64,000 nucleotides of DNA, taken from NCBI GenBank assembly GCA_964518685.1, contig CAZFGP010000001.1, forward strand, positions 28,892 through 92,891, in the 5' to 3' direction. The position numbers and the translations under genes are program-made. This document shows, piece by piece, positions 39,876-50,332 of this stretch. Within the stretch, counting starts at the first letter, position 1. Each line of letters opens with the position of its first letter. The notes under the pieces were generated by a model. It searched no databases. It saw only the letters and a list, made by a program, of their open reading frames with translations, and was not told the DNA's origin. Origin of the DNA: an uncultured Terrimonas sp. Lineage in GTDB: Bacteria; Bacteroidota; Bacteroidia; Chitinophagales; Chitinophagaceae.

Positions 39876-41090
39876 ATGATTGTGCGCCGGACCGTTATTT
39901 TAACCCTTATTCTCTCTATTGCTTTATGTGTTTTTTTAATACAAGCCTGTCAGGAACAGGACAATCGGAAAAAGAAACGAACCGCAACCAGACAGGAAAA
40001 ACCCGCAGATCTGGGAACCATTGCCGCCTTACCTCCGGTATATAAATCTCCCGGCTATAATCCATCCACAGATGAAAAGGTGAAACTGGGTCGTCTGCTT
40101 TTCTTTGACCCGATCCTTTCCGGTAATAAAGATGTAGCATGTGCAACCTGTCATCATCCGGAATTCGGATATTCGGATATGCTGGAACTCCCTATCGGTG
40201 TTAATGGAACAGGCTTCGGCTCAAAACGGCGGTTTAATGCCACCAACGATATTCCGTTCTCTAAAAGAAACGCACCATCCCTGATAAATACTGCCTTCAA
40301 CGGAATCAATGAAAAAGGAGATTATGTTCCCGAAGGCGCCCCCATGTTCTGGGATATACGGGTAAAAAGTTTAGAACTTCAATCTTTGCAGCCCATCAAA
40401 CAATTGGAGGAAATGCGTGGCCGGCAAATAGAAGAACACGAAATGTTGCCCGTTGTGGTAAAAAGACTGAAGGCAATACCTGAATATCGAAAACTGTTTA
40501 AAGCCGCCTTTAGCGAAGATGAAGATCCGGTAACAGAAATGAATATGGCAAAGGCTATTGCCAGCTTTGAACGTACCCTGGTAGCCAACAATTCGCGGTT
40601 TGATGAATTTATGCGTGGAGACGCTAATGCGCTTACGGCTTCCGAAAAAGAAGGGATGCAATTGTTTATCGAATCGGGATGCGCCCTCTGCCACAATGGG
40701 CCCATGCTGTCCGATTTTAAATTGCATGTATTGGGCGCGGCAGAAAATGAAGAGAAATTAGGCTTCCTGGACTCCGGATTTAATAACACCTTTGCATACC
40801 GCACGCCAACACTACGTAATTTGCGTTACACGGCGCCTTATATGCACAGCGGCAAATTAAAAACCCTGGATCAGGTAATGACCTTTTACGAAGAACTGAG
40901 TGGCAAGCCTTTACCCAACCGGCACGTACCCAGAGAGCAATTAGATTCCCTGGCTGTTAAGATCAAAGTAGAATTTAAAAACATACCGCGTATCATAGAG
41001 TTTCTTAATACACTGAATGACGATAAATTTGACCGAACCATACCCGATGCGGTGCCCAGCGGTCTGAGCGTGGGAGGGAATATAAAATAG
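39876..41090 (+). CDS. Diheme cytochrome c peroxidase/MauG-family lipoprotein
   Basis: LGRLLFFDPILS, heme motifs CATCH and CALCH, RNAPSL, MFWD and RTPTLRN...PYMHSG. Lipobox IQAC. Confidence 0.9.
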   Translation: MIVRRTVILTLILSIALCVFLIQACQEQDNRKKKRTATRQEKPADLGTIAALPPVYKSPGYNPSTDEKVKLGRLLFFDPILSGNKDVACATCHHPEFGYSDMLELPIGVNGTGFGSKRRFNATNDIPFSKRNAPSLINTAFNGINEKGDYVPEGAPMFWDIRVKSLELQSLQPIKQLEEMRGRQIEEHEMLPVVVKRLKAIPEYRKLFKAAFSEDEDPVTEMNMAKAIASFERTLVANNSRFDEFMRGDANALTASEKEGMQLFIESGCALCHNGPMLSDFKLHVLGAAENEEKLGFLDSGFNNTFAYRTPTLRNLRYTAPYMHSGKLKTLDQVMTFYEELSGKPLPNRHVPREQLDSLAVKIKVEFKNIPRIIEFLNTLNDDKFDRTIPDAVPSGLSVGGNIK

Positions 41091-41235
41091 CGTATCCATC
41101 CATACATACAGCATCATCCGGACGCGCTTCAAACGGTTTAGCCAGGGGTTGTTTTGCGAGTTCGAAACAATTCTTCCCTTCTTACAAAGAAATACGATAT
41201 TTTGTATCTTTCCCCTTTAATGCCATTTGTTCGCC

Positions 41236-44004
41236 ATGATGAATTTTAAACTGTATAAGAAACTTTTGCTTATTTTGACAGTGCTGATTGTGGCTCTTAT
41301 TGCTACCACTGGTTTGACAAGCAGCAAAAAAGTAGATTATAATACAGATATAAAACCCCTGTTCAACAGGAAATGCATTTCCTGTCACGGCGGAGTGAAA
41401 AAAGAATCAAAATATAGCCTTCTGTTTCATGAAGAAGCACTGGCTAAAGGAGAGAGTGGCAAATTTGCCATCATTCCCGGCGACCCGGATAACAGTGAGC
41501 TGATTCGCCGTCTTACCAGCAAAGACCCGGAGGAAAGAATGCCTTATCAACATAAACCTTTGTCTTCAAAGGAGATTGATTTGTTACGGCAATGGATCAA
41601 AGAAGGCGCTCATTGGGGCAATCACTGGTCTTATGTTGCTGTTGCACCAACGCTGGTACCGGCCGGGGCCGGCGGATTCAGAAGCCTCTTTTCATCTGAG
41701 AACAAATGGGCACACAATGAAATTGATTATTTTATTTTAGACAAACTCAGGGAATTTAAATTAGAGCCTTCTCCGGCAGCCGATAAAGCAACCCTCCTCA
41801 GAAGAGTAAGCATGGATATTACCGGGCTTCCACCTCATCCCGGTCTGGCCCGGAAATTCCTCAGCGATGACAGCCCGGATGCTTATGAGAAATTAGTTGA
41901 TGACCTTTTAGCGTCTCCCCATTATGGAGAAAAATGGACGGCGATGTGGCTGGATCTGGCTCGTTATGCAGACAGCAAGGGATATGAAAAAGACGGTTAC
42001 CGTTCTATATGGCGATACCGCGACTGGCTGATTAGGGCTTTTAATAAGGATATGCCTTATGATCAGTTTTTAACGGAGCAGATTGCAGGCGATCTGCTGC
42101 CGGATGCCACCGATGAACAATTGATCGCCACCGCCTATAACCGCAATTCAATGACTAATGACGAAGGAGGGACCGATGATGAAGAATTCAGAACCGCCGC
42201 GGTGATAGACCGGGTGAATACCACCTGGGAAACCCTGCTGAGCACTACTTTTGCCTGCGTACAATGCCACAGTCACCCCTACGATCCGATCAAATTTGAA
42301 GAATATTACAAGTTTCTCTCCTTCTATAACAATACCAGAGACGAGGATGTTACGGGAGATTATCCGCAATTGCGGGAGTTTAATCCGGAAGACCAGGCAA
42401 AATTAGAAAAGCTGACCAAATGGCTGAAAGAAAGTGTGGGCAAAGAAAAAACGCAGGAAGCAATTCGATTTGTGAAGACCTGGCAGCCGGCAGTCTATAC
42501 CCACTTTGCTGATCATTTAGTGAACAGTTCCATTTCAGATACCCGGCTGGCTGTGAGAAATAATTCCGTTAGCCGCATAGCCGGCGTGGATCTTAGCGAC
42601 AAAAGCATGTTATTTTATCGTTACCGTTCGGACACAGACAATGGGAAATTAACGATCCGTATAGATCAACCCAACGGACCCATTATAGCTTCTATTGCAA
42701 TCCGTTCTTCCAAAGGCTGGGAAAATCAAAGCGTTTCGCTTCAAGATCCTGTATCTGGTGTTCATGACCTGTATCTTAGCTATTACAATCCGGGCGTGGA
42801 AAGAACTAATGAAAAGACCTTAGCCCACTTCGACTGGTTTTATTTTGCGTCTGCTTTTCCCGGAAAAGGAGCAAAAGGATACGACAGCGCATATGCCTGG
42901 TTCAATCAACTGGCGTCCGCCTCTCCCGAAGCCATAACCCCCATTATGATGGAAAACCCTGAGGATATGGCACGCACCACGCAGGTTTTCGAAAGAGGGA
43001 ACTGGATGGTAAAGGGTGAGAAGGTAGAACCGGACGTGCCAGGCTCTTTAAACCCCATGCCCGAAGGGGCGCCGCGTAACCGGCTGGGATTGGCAATGTG
43101 GCTGACAGATATAAAAAATCCGCTCACATCCCGAACCTTGACCAACCGTATTTGGGAACAACTGATGGGTCAGGGAATCGTGGAAACCCTGGAAGACCTG
43201 GGCTCACAGGGTAATGATCCTACACACAAAGATTTACTGGACTGGCTTTCATGGCAATTTATGAATAACTATCAATGGAGTATAAAGAAATTGATTAAAA
43301 CCATTGTAATGTCGGCAACCTATACGCAAGACAACCTGGTTACAGCCGAAATGTTAAAGAAGGATGCCTTTAACCGGTATTATGCACGTGGGCCAAGGGT
43401 ACGATTGTCGGCGGAACAGATCAGGGATCAGGCCCTGATGGTTTCAGGATTGCTGAGCTCTAAAATGTACGGACCCAGCGTAATGCCCACGCAACCTCCG
43501 GGCATTTGGCTGTCTCCCTATGACGGAAATGTATGGGTAAAAAGTACGGGTGAGGATCAGTATCGCCGGGCAGTATATACCTACTGGAAGCGTACAGCGC
43601 CTTTTCCATCTATGCTCAGCTTTGACGGCGTGGCCCGGGAAGTGTGTGTATCCAGGCGTATCCGAACCAATACTCCCCTGCAGGCTTTAGCCACCTTAAA
43701 TGATGAAGGCTTCATCGAAATGGCCAGACACTATGCGGCCAGAATGGAAAAAGAGGGGGGTATGGAGGTGCGGCAGCAGATCAGTAAAGGATACGAATTA
43801 GCCTTGTTTAAACCGATCACAAAAGAAAAATTGCAGCCTCTGATGGATTTATATCAACAGGCTTTACAGCAGTTTAAAGACAGCCCGGAAAAAACCTGTG
43901 AAATGATGGGTGCGGAAACAGGATACAATACGCCGGACAGAGCAGCGCTTGTAGTAGTGGCTAATGCCATGCTGAATTTAGATGAGTACATTACTAAGAA
44001 CTAA
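41236..44004 (+). CDS. Planctomycete cytochrome c (PSCyt1) + DUF1549 + CBM6-like + DUF1553 protein
   Basis: CISCHG...RMP...WI..GA (PSCyt1); [33 protein letters not shown] and CVQCHSH (DUF1549); GVHDLYL...FDWFYF (CBM6-like); [28 protein letters not shown] and TNTPLQAL (DUF1553). Confidence 0.88.
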   Translation: MMNFKLYKKLLLILTVLIVALIATTGLTSSKKVDYNTDIKPLFNRKCISCHGGVKKESKYSLLFHEEALAKGESGKFAIIPGDPDNSELIRRLTSKDPEERMPYQHKPLSSKEIDLLRQWIKEGAHWGNHWSYVAVAPTLVPAGAGGFRSLFSSENKWAHNEIDYFILDKLREFKLEPSPAADKATLLRRVSMDITGLPPHPGLARKFLSDDSPDAYEKLVDDLLASPHYGEKWTAMWLDLARYADSKGYEKDGYRSIWRYRDWLIRAFNKDMPYDQFLTEQIAGDLLPDATDEQLIATAYNRNSMTNDEGGTDDEEFRTAAVIDRVNTTWETLLSTTFACVQCHSHPYDPIKFEEYYKFLSFYNNTRDEDVTGDYPQLREFNPEDQAKLEKLTKWLKESVGKEKTQEAIRFVKTWQPAVYTHFADHLVNSSISDTRLAVRNNSVSRIAGVDLSDKSMLFYRYRSDTDNGKLTIRIDQPNGPIIASIAIRSSKGWENQSVSLQDPVSGVHDLYLSYYNPGVERTNEKTLAHFDWFYFASAFPGKGAKGYDSAYAWFNQLASASPEAITPIMMENPEDMARTTQVFERGNWMVKGEKVEPDVPGSLNPMPEGAPRNRLGLAMWLTDIKNPLTSRTLTNRIWEQLMGQGIVETLEDLGSQGNDPTHKDLLDWLSWQFMNNYQWSIKKLIKTIVMSATYTQDNLVTAEMLKKDAFNRYYARGPRVRLSAEQIRDQALMVSGLLSSKMYGPSVMPTQPPGIWLSPYDGNVWVKSTGEDQYRRAVYTYWKRTAPFPSMLSFDGVAREVCVSRRIRTNTPLQALATLNDEGFIEMARHYAARMEKEGGMEVRQQISKGYELALFKPITKEKLQPLMDLYQQALQQFKDSPEKTCEMMGAETGYNTPDRAALVVVANAMLNLDEYITKN

Positions 44005-44065
44005 CCGAAGAACAATATAAACTAAGATTTGTTTCTCCCGGTTGCAAACGAATAAGTTAAGAAAC

Positions 44066-45577
44066 ATGACGCAAAAAGAATTGAATAACGACCGTATAGC
44101 TCATGAGGCTCAAATGAAGTCGCTGGAACTTGTTACCCGCCGGCATTTTCTCAAAGACAGCATTACAGGCATGGGCGCCCTGGCTTTTGGTTCTTTACTA
44201 ACCGGCTGTGATTTCTTTGGTTCTAAGGATGCGCCGTTGAATACTTTTAACAGCAACAATCCATTAGCCGCTCACCCGCCGATGTTTCCTGGCAAGGCGA
44301 AGTCGGTTATCTATTTACACATGGCGGGAGCGCCTTCGCAGTTGGAATTGTTCGATTATAAACCCGAACTTTTGAAATTAAACGGGAAAGAATGTCCGCC
44401 ATCGCTGTTAGAAGGGAAGCGCTTTGCCTTTATACAGGGTGTTCCCAAAATGCTGGGGCCCCAGGCGGTGTTCAAACAAAGGGGTCAAAGCGGGGCCTGG
44501 GTGTCTGATCATTTGCCTCATTTTGCAACCGTAGCTGATGAAGTAAGCTTCCTGAAAGCCGTTAAGACAGACCAGTTCAATCATGCGCCTGCACAACTGC
44601 TGATGCATACCGGTGGTGCACGCCTCGGCCGGCCGAGTATGGGCGCCTGGGTGAGCTATGGATTGGGTACGGAAAACAGCAATCTGCCGGCATTTGTAGT
44701 ACTGACTTCCGGAGGTAAAAATCCGGACGCCGGGAAAAGCGTTTGGGGAAGCGGTTTCCTTCCATCCGTTTACCAGGGGGTGCAGTGCCGTTCGGAAGGC
44801 GACCCGGTGCTGTTCATCAATAACCCCGAAGGGATTGATAAGGATTTACGCAAAGCTTCTATTGACGCCATCAATAAAGTTAACCAGGAAACATATAATA
44901 CCTTTAAAGACCCGGAGATTCTGTCGCGGATTTCTCAATATGAGATGGCGTATAAAATGCAGATGTCGGTGCCAGAGGCAATGGATATCAGCGATGAACC
45001 TGAATATATTCATGAGATGTATGGCACCCGGCCCGGCCGCACCAGTTTTGCCAACAACGTATTATTAGCACGGAAGTTAGTGGAAAAGGGCGTTCGGTAT
45101 GTACAGTTGTTCGACTGGGGCTGGGATTCACATGGCACCAGCCAGAATGACTGCCTCGAAATTGGGCTAATTAATAAGTGCCGCTCCATTGACCGCCCTA
45201 TCACAGCGCTGATCCTCGATCTCAAACAAAGAGGATTGCTGGACGAAACCCTGGTGGTTTGGGGTGGAGAATTCGGCCGCACCCCCATGCAGGAAAACAG
45301 GGATGGGAAGGAGATGCCGTTTATGGGAAGAGATCATCATGCGGAAGCCTTTACCATGTGGATGGCGGGAGGGGGTATCCGGGGAGGCACCACTTATGGT
45401 GAAACAGATGAGATAGGGTATCATGCGGTGAGAGGCAGAGTGGAACCTTATGATGTGCAGGCCACGATATTAAATCAGTTGGGTTTTGATCATGAAAAAT
45501 TTGTGTATCATTTCCAGGGGCGGTTGTTCCGTTTAACGGATGTAAGCGGCCGGGTGATCAATGAAATTATTGCATAA
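44066..45577 (+). CDS. DUF1501 protein (alkaline-phosphatase/sulfatase-like fold), Tat signal plus lipobox
   Basis: TRRHFLK twin-Arg, LTGC lipobox, AKSVIYLHMAGAPSQLELFDYKP, RPSMGAW..YGLG, WDSH, GEFGRTP and GRDHH motifs. Confidence 0.9.
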   Translation: MTQKELNNDRIAHEAQMKSLELVTRRHFLKDSITGMGALAFGSLLTGCDFFGSKDAPLNTFNSNNPLAAHPPMFPGKAKSVIYLHMAGAPSQLELFDYKPELLKLNGKECPPSLLEGKRFAFIQGVPKMLGPQAVFKQRGQSGAWVSDHLPHFATVADEVSFLKAVKTDQFNHAPAQLLMHTGGARLGRPSMGAWVSYGLGTENSNLPAFVVLTSGGKNPDAGKSVWGSGFLPSVYQGVQCRSEGDPVLFINNPEGIDKDLRKASIDAINKVNQETYNTFKDPEILSRISQYEMAYKMQMSVPEAMDISDEPEYIHEMYGTRPGRTSFANNVLLARKLVEKGVRYVQLFDWGWDSHGTSQNDCLEIGLINKCRSIDRPITALILDLKQRGLLDETLVVWGGEFGRTPMQENRDGKEMPFMGRDHHAEAFTMWMAGGGIRGGTTYGETDEIGYHAVRGRVEPYDVQATILNQLGFDHEKFVYHFQGRLFRLTDVSGRVINEIIA

Positions 45578-45598
45578 AAAATCTGTATTCCTTCATAT

Positions 45599-47011
45599 AT
45601 GATGTTGATGAATATTATAGGTATCATAGGCCGATTTCATCCTGTACTGGTACACCTGCCTATTGGTATTTTATTAATGGGGGTACTACTGCATTGGCTA
45701 AGTAAAAAAGAGCAATTCCAATCTATCAAACCTGCCGTTTCTATTACCCTGTTTTGGGGAGCTCTTAGCGCTATACTATCTTGCATTACCGGCTGGTTGC
45801 TGGGACTGAATGATGAGTACGATACAACGATCCTGGAACGGCATCGCTGGATGGGAATAGGCGTGGCGGTAGTGGCCGCTTTATATTATCTCGCCTATAC
45901 GGAAAAGTTCTCCATGCGCCTGAAGCCAAAGCTTCTTACGGTCCTTTCAGTTGTGCTGCTCCTGCTTATCACCTTCACCGGCCATTTAGGCGGAACCCTC
46001 ACACACGGTGAAGGATTTCTGTCTTTTGATGGCGACAAGAATATAGAAGAGATAAGAAAAGTGATCCCGGACGTGCAGGAAGCTATGGTGTATGACGACA
46101 TCATTCAACCTATATTACAGAATAAATGCTACAGTTGTCACGGACCCTCCAAACAAAAAGGGAAACTCAGGTTAGATAGTAAGGAAGCCATGGAAAAAGG
46201 GGGAGAAGATGGCGAAGCGCTCGTAGCCGGCGATAGTAAAAAAAGCAGGCTCTATACCCGGCTGGTTTTAGATATACTGGAAAAAGAACACATGCCTCCA
46301 AAAGGAAAGCCGCAACCATCGGAAGCAGAGGTAATGCTCTTTAACTGGTGGATCAGCACAGGAGCGCATTTTGATCAACAGGTAAAAACATTGCCGCAGG
46401 AAGAACATGTTAAACCATTACTATTAGCCTTGCAAAGCGACCAGATCCACGACCCGGTGAAACCGGATGTACCGCAGGAATCTGTGGCCAAAGCATCTGA
46501 ACAAACCATGGAGCAATTAAAGGAGAGAGGAGCTACCATTCTGCCGGTTGCCGAAAACAGCAACTATATTTCGGTAAGTTTTTTCTCGGCAGACACAATA
46601 GATAATGAAATACTGAAATTACTGGAATCCCTCTCTCCGCAGTTAGTCTGGCTGAAGTTAAATCATACGTCTATTGATGATGGCGGGATGAAGACTATAG
46701 GAAAACTGCAAACTTTAACCCGATTAAATCTTGCTAATACTTCAATCACCGATGCAGGACTTTCTTCCTTACAGCCGTTGTCCAAATTGCAATCCCTGAA
46801 CCTAACCGGCACGAAAGTTAGCGGCAAAGGATTACAGGGATTAAAGCAATTGAACGAATTAACAGCTATTTACCTTTATCAAACGGATATTGCAACGGAA
46901 GAAGACTGGTTAGCGCTACAACAATCATTCCCTAAAACAAGAATTGACACCGGCGGATATTCTCTTCCTGTATTAGAGGGAGACACCAGCTTAGTGAGGT
47001 TGGTGAAATAA
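45599..47011 (+). CDS. DUF2231-like 4-TM domain + planctomycete cytochrome c + leucine-rich repeats
   Basis: TM histidines in HPVLVHLPIG, HRWMG and GHLGGTLTHG. Heme motif CYSCHG...HMPP. LRRs LVWLKLNHT, LTRLNLANT and LQSLNLTGT. Confidence 0.85.
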   Translation: MMLMNIIGIIGRFHPVLVHLPIGILLMGVLLHWLSKKEQFQSIKPAVSITLFWGALSAILSCITGWLLGLNDEYDTTILERHRWMGIGVAVVAALYYLAYTEKFSMRLKPKLLTVLSVVLLLLITFTGHLGGTLTHGEGFLSFDGDKNIEEIRKVIPDVQEAMVYDDIIQPILQNKCYSCHGPSKQKGKLRLDSKEAMEKGGEDGEALVAGDSKKSRLYTRLVLDILEKEHMPPKGKPQPSEAEVMLFNWWISTGAHFDQQVKTLPQEEHVKPLLLALQSDQIHDPVKPDVPQESVAKASEQTMEQLKERGATILPVAENSNYISVSFFSADTIDNEILKLLESLSPQLVWLKLNHTSIDDGGMKTIGKLQTLTRLNLANTSITDAGLSSLQPLSKLQSLNLTGTKVSGKGLQGLKQLNELTAIYLYQTDIATEEDWLALQQSFPKTRIDTGGYSLPVLEGDTSLVRLVK

Positions 47012-47068
47012 CTATTTGCCTGACCTGCCATTCAAAAGCTAAACCGGTTCAGGTGGATCGTTTTCGGC

Positions 47069-47107
47069 AAAAAAGAAAAAAGAGATTGCCCTTTCGAACA
47101 ATCTCTT
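47069..47107 (-). terminator. Rho-independent terminator of the T9SS cargo gene
   Basis: Minus strand aagagattgttc-gaaa-gggcaatctctt followed by a long U-tract. Confidence 0.8.
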
Positions 47108-47129
47108 CCCATCCATAGGAAAAATAATC

Positions 47130-50100
47130 TTATTGAAGGATCACCGGAATTACTTCGCCATCGAAAGAAAGCCGGTAAATACCTTTTGAAAAAGTCTGCA
47201 CACCAATAGAATATTTCCCCGGAGTTTCCAATTTCCGGTTCAACAATAATTGACCGTTATTGGTGTAAATCCTCAACAGACCGGACTTCTGTACCCGCAC
47301 GGTTAGTATGCCGCCAGTGACCGGGTTCGGATATACCGACAAGCTCGTTCTGACTTCAAAACGAATCGTCTGTATCGCGCTGTAAGAACTTCTGCCATCC
47401 TGATCTATCTGCCGGACACGGTAATAATTCTTTCCTCCGGCAGGATTGTCATGAACATAACTATAGGTGTTTTTAACAATGCTGTTATTCGCCCCCCGCA
47501 CTTCGCTCAGTATTTCCCAGTTTGTACCGTTCACACTATGTTCCACCACAAAGGACTTATTATTGGTTTCTGTGCCCGTAGTCCAGGTGAGTAAAGACTT
47601 CTCATTTTGCTTTTGTACGGTAAAACTCAGCCAGGTAACGGGCAGAGTCTGATTGGCTTCCGCAATTCCAAAAGGCGAAAACGTTCCGGTATAGCCCATA
47701 TAGCTGAGGCTGGTTGATGTACTGGCTGTGGTTCCCGACTTCTGCTCTACCCATTCGGCACCATAATGATAAAGCGCAGGTGTACTCAGGCTTTCTGTTT
47801 CTCCCGCATTCCAGTTGAAAATAAAATTAACTCCTGCTCCACCATTAGGATTGTCTTTGGAAATATCCCAGGTTCTCTTTACGCGACTAGCTGTAACCGG
47901 TTCTCCGGTCAATCCGTCCTGGTATAATTCATCTAACACCCTGGCGCAAAATACATCTGCTGCACCGGTGTTATTTTCAACAGAAACCGGATTGTAGGCG
48001 CTGTTTCCTACCGGGAATAACATCATCTCATTTTCCCCGATATTCATACACAATTTGCCGGCGCCATTTGTTTGCACATAGTTTGACGCATCGTAATCGG
48101 TAACCTCAGAAGCCATAAGGCTATAACTTCCCAATACCAATTTATTGGATGCGCCGGAGAACTGCACCTTACCCACCTCCCGGTTCTGATCCAGGTATAA
48201 ATCATTAAGGGCATCTTTCGCAAAAACAATATCTCCTCCATTTGCCGGCACTTCGCCTGCCCCCCAGTTGGAAGCCGTAGCATAATCCGTATTGGTAGTA
48301 CCCCTCCAGAAATTCTCTTCCCATTGAGCATACAAAACCAGGTTAGAGCCGTCGCTGTATGCATCGTTTTCATTATAAGCCGTTCCGGAACCATTGGCAC
48401 GCGAATTCCAGCCACTGAAAATATATCCGGAACGTTTCAGCGTACCCTTCTCCTCAATATTCACAGGATCGGTTTGGTTGGTGGCGGTTGGAGCTATACC
48501 CGAAGTGTTACCATTGCCCACATAGGTGATACTGTAGCTGCCCAAAGGCGCATCCTGAAATACCGGTACCAGGGTAATATCTCTGTCCACAAATACTTCA
48601 TAAGGGTTGTCCGATGAAGCAGTACCGGTACCGCCTTCTACATAATCCCAACGCACAAACTCCTTTCCATTATTAGGAATCGCAGTAAGCGTAACCGATG
48701 CGCCTGCTAAATATACGTCTCCATACACCGTACCTCCCGACACAGAACCATCAGGAGAATAGTTGATTTTAAGCATATATAAATCATCCACAATGCTTTG
48801 GATTGCACCCGCAGCAGGAGGATCCGTACGAGAAGCGCCAATCTGATCGGTAGTAACTACATAAGAAGAAGCGGAAGAGCCGACCAAATCCACCCAGCCC
48901 GGAGCTCCTGCCAGCCGGTCGTAATAACCAATAATAGGGGAACCGCTATTGCTGGTATAGCCTGTTTTAGCGCCCAGGTTACTTAAATCCAGCATAAAAC
49001 TTCCAGTCTTCAGCGTGGGGGCTATGCCATTCCCATTTTGGTAAAGGAAGGGTTGATACACTTTTGCCGTGCCAATTTCCACACCGGTACCATCCGTAAT
49101 CCGGGTATAAGAACCGCCTGAAAAGATAGAATTGTCCGAACCATCATTGCTTCCTGTATAGTTAATATTATGCCCGGTACTGTAATCCACTCCGCTGGAA
49201 CTGAGATCAGCATGATAAATACTATAAAGCAGATGAACATTGCCCGGAGAACTATATGGCTGTACATCGTCCAAAACATAGTCTGTTGGATTGGCTTCAT
49301 CCCCGCCGGATCTGTGATAGTTATAAGCAAATAAACAGTTAACCGCATATACTGTACCGTTATTATTTCCAATCGCGCCTCCAGTAAGACTCCCATAAGC
49401 CACATTACCGGTAAAGCTGCTGTTTACAGCATAAAGAGTCGAATTATAATTATTAATTCCACCCCCTATCTCAGTACTTTTGTTATTGGACAGGGTGGAA
49501 TTATTCATATACAGATAAGAACCGCCGTTATTTTCGCCGGCGCCTCCACCAGTAGCAGTAGTCCTGTTTTCAGAAAAAGTGCATCTTTCGAGAAACATGT
49601 TCGCACTTGCCCGATTCAAAAATCCCCCGCCAAAACCGGCAGCATTACGCATCAGTTCGCAATCGGTCATATACACGGTTCCGCCATTATTATCAAGTCC
49701 ACCCCCGCTTGCAGCTCTTGAATTACTTATCGTTGAATTATTGATCCTGACGGTGTGTCCGTTAGACACAGAAATAGCTCCTCCGGTGCCGGAAGAAACA
49801 TAGCCTCCGCTGATTTTCATATCATTGATGGTGGTGGTTTTACCAGTTCCGGAAAGTGTGAATACCCTGAAAGCAGAAGGACTGCTATTGAATTTTCCGG
49901 ATTCATCCAAACCGGTAACAGGTACCGTCAGCGTAAAACCGTTACCATTAAAAGTCAGGGTTTTGTTAGATGTTATTTCAGCAGATATTACAATATCATT
50001 GACAATATTGATGATATCCCCGTCTGAAGACGAAGAAACAGCGCTGGTCAATTCGGCATAATTTCCGGCGGTTCTGGTAGTTTGCGACTGGGCCTGAAAG

Positions 50101-50147
50101 ACATTAAATAACCCTGCCGCCATTAAAACGAGTAGCGTTTTTTTCAT
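47130..50147 (-). CDS. T9SS (type A CTD) surface protein: beta-helix-like N-domain + InlB B/Flg_new-type repeats
   Basis: Signal peptide from ATG 50147. GGA/GGG-N parallel beta-helix repeats. InlB B-type repeat (RSGYIFSGWNSRANGSGTAY...LYAQW). LPVTWLSF...YYR..QID.DG domain. CTD VYPNP...KGIY. Confidence 0.85.
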   Translation of the reverse strand: MKKTLLVLMAAGLFNVFQAQSQTTRTAGNYAELTSAVSSSSDGDIINIVNDIVISAEITSNKTLTFNGNGFTLTVPVTGLDESGKFNSSPSAFRVFTLSGTGKTTTINDMKISGGYVSSGTGGAISVSNGHTVRINNSTISNSRAASGGGLDNNGGTVYMTDCELMRNAAGFGGGFLNRASANMFLERCTFSENRTTATGGGAGENNGGSYLYMNNSTLSNNKSTEIGGGINNYNSTLYAVNSSFTGNVAYGSLTGGAIGNNNGTVYAVNCLFAYNYHRSGGDEANPTDYVLDDVQPYSSPGNVHLLYSIYHADLSSSGVDYSTGHNINYTGSNDGSDNSIFSGGSYTRITDGTGVEIGTAKVYQPFLYQNGNGIAPTLKTGSFMLDLSNLGAKTGYTSNSGSPIIGYYDRLAGAPGWVDLVGSSASSYVVTTDQIGASRTDPPAAGAIQSIVDDLYMLKINYSPDGSVSGGTVYGDVYLAGASVTLTAIPNNGKEFVRWDYVEGGTGTASSDNPYEVFVDRDITLVPVFQDAPLGSYSITYVGNGNTSGIAPTATNQTDPVNIEEKGTLKRSGYIFSGWNSRANGSGTAYNENDAYSDGSNLVLYAQWEENFWRGTTNTDYATASNWGAGEVPANGGDIVFAKDALNDLYLDQNREVGKVQFSGASNKLVLGSYSLMASEVTDYDASNYVQTNGAGKLCMNIGENEMMLFPVGNSAYNPVSVENNTGAADVFCARVLDELYQDGLTGEPVTASRVKRTWDISKDNPNGGAGVNFIFNWNAGETESLSTPALYHYGAEWVEQKSGTTASTSTSLSYMGYTGTFSPFGIAEANQTLPVTWLSFTVQKQNEKSLLTWTTGTETNNKSFVVEHSVNGTNWEILSEVRGANNSIVKNTYSYVHDNPAGGKNYYRVRQIDQDGRSSYSAIQTIRFEVRTSLSVYPNPVTGGILTVRVQKSGLLRIYTNNGQLLLNRKLETPGKYSIGVQTFSKGIYRLSFDGEVIPVILQ

Positions 50148-50332
50148 GAATGCTGGTTTTAGAATTAAATAGGATGATGAAAAATTTGAGAAAAGGTAAA
50201 AAATGATTAGCAAATGTTAATATTTATTAATCCAATTTTTAAAAATCAAGGGTTATAACTTATGCAAAAAAAAATAAACACTTGTTATATGTTAGTACTT
50301 TACCCCTATTTTTAAATTATTATGCAGAATGT

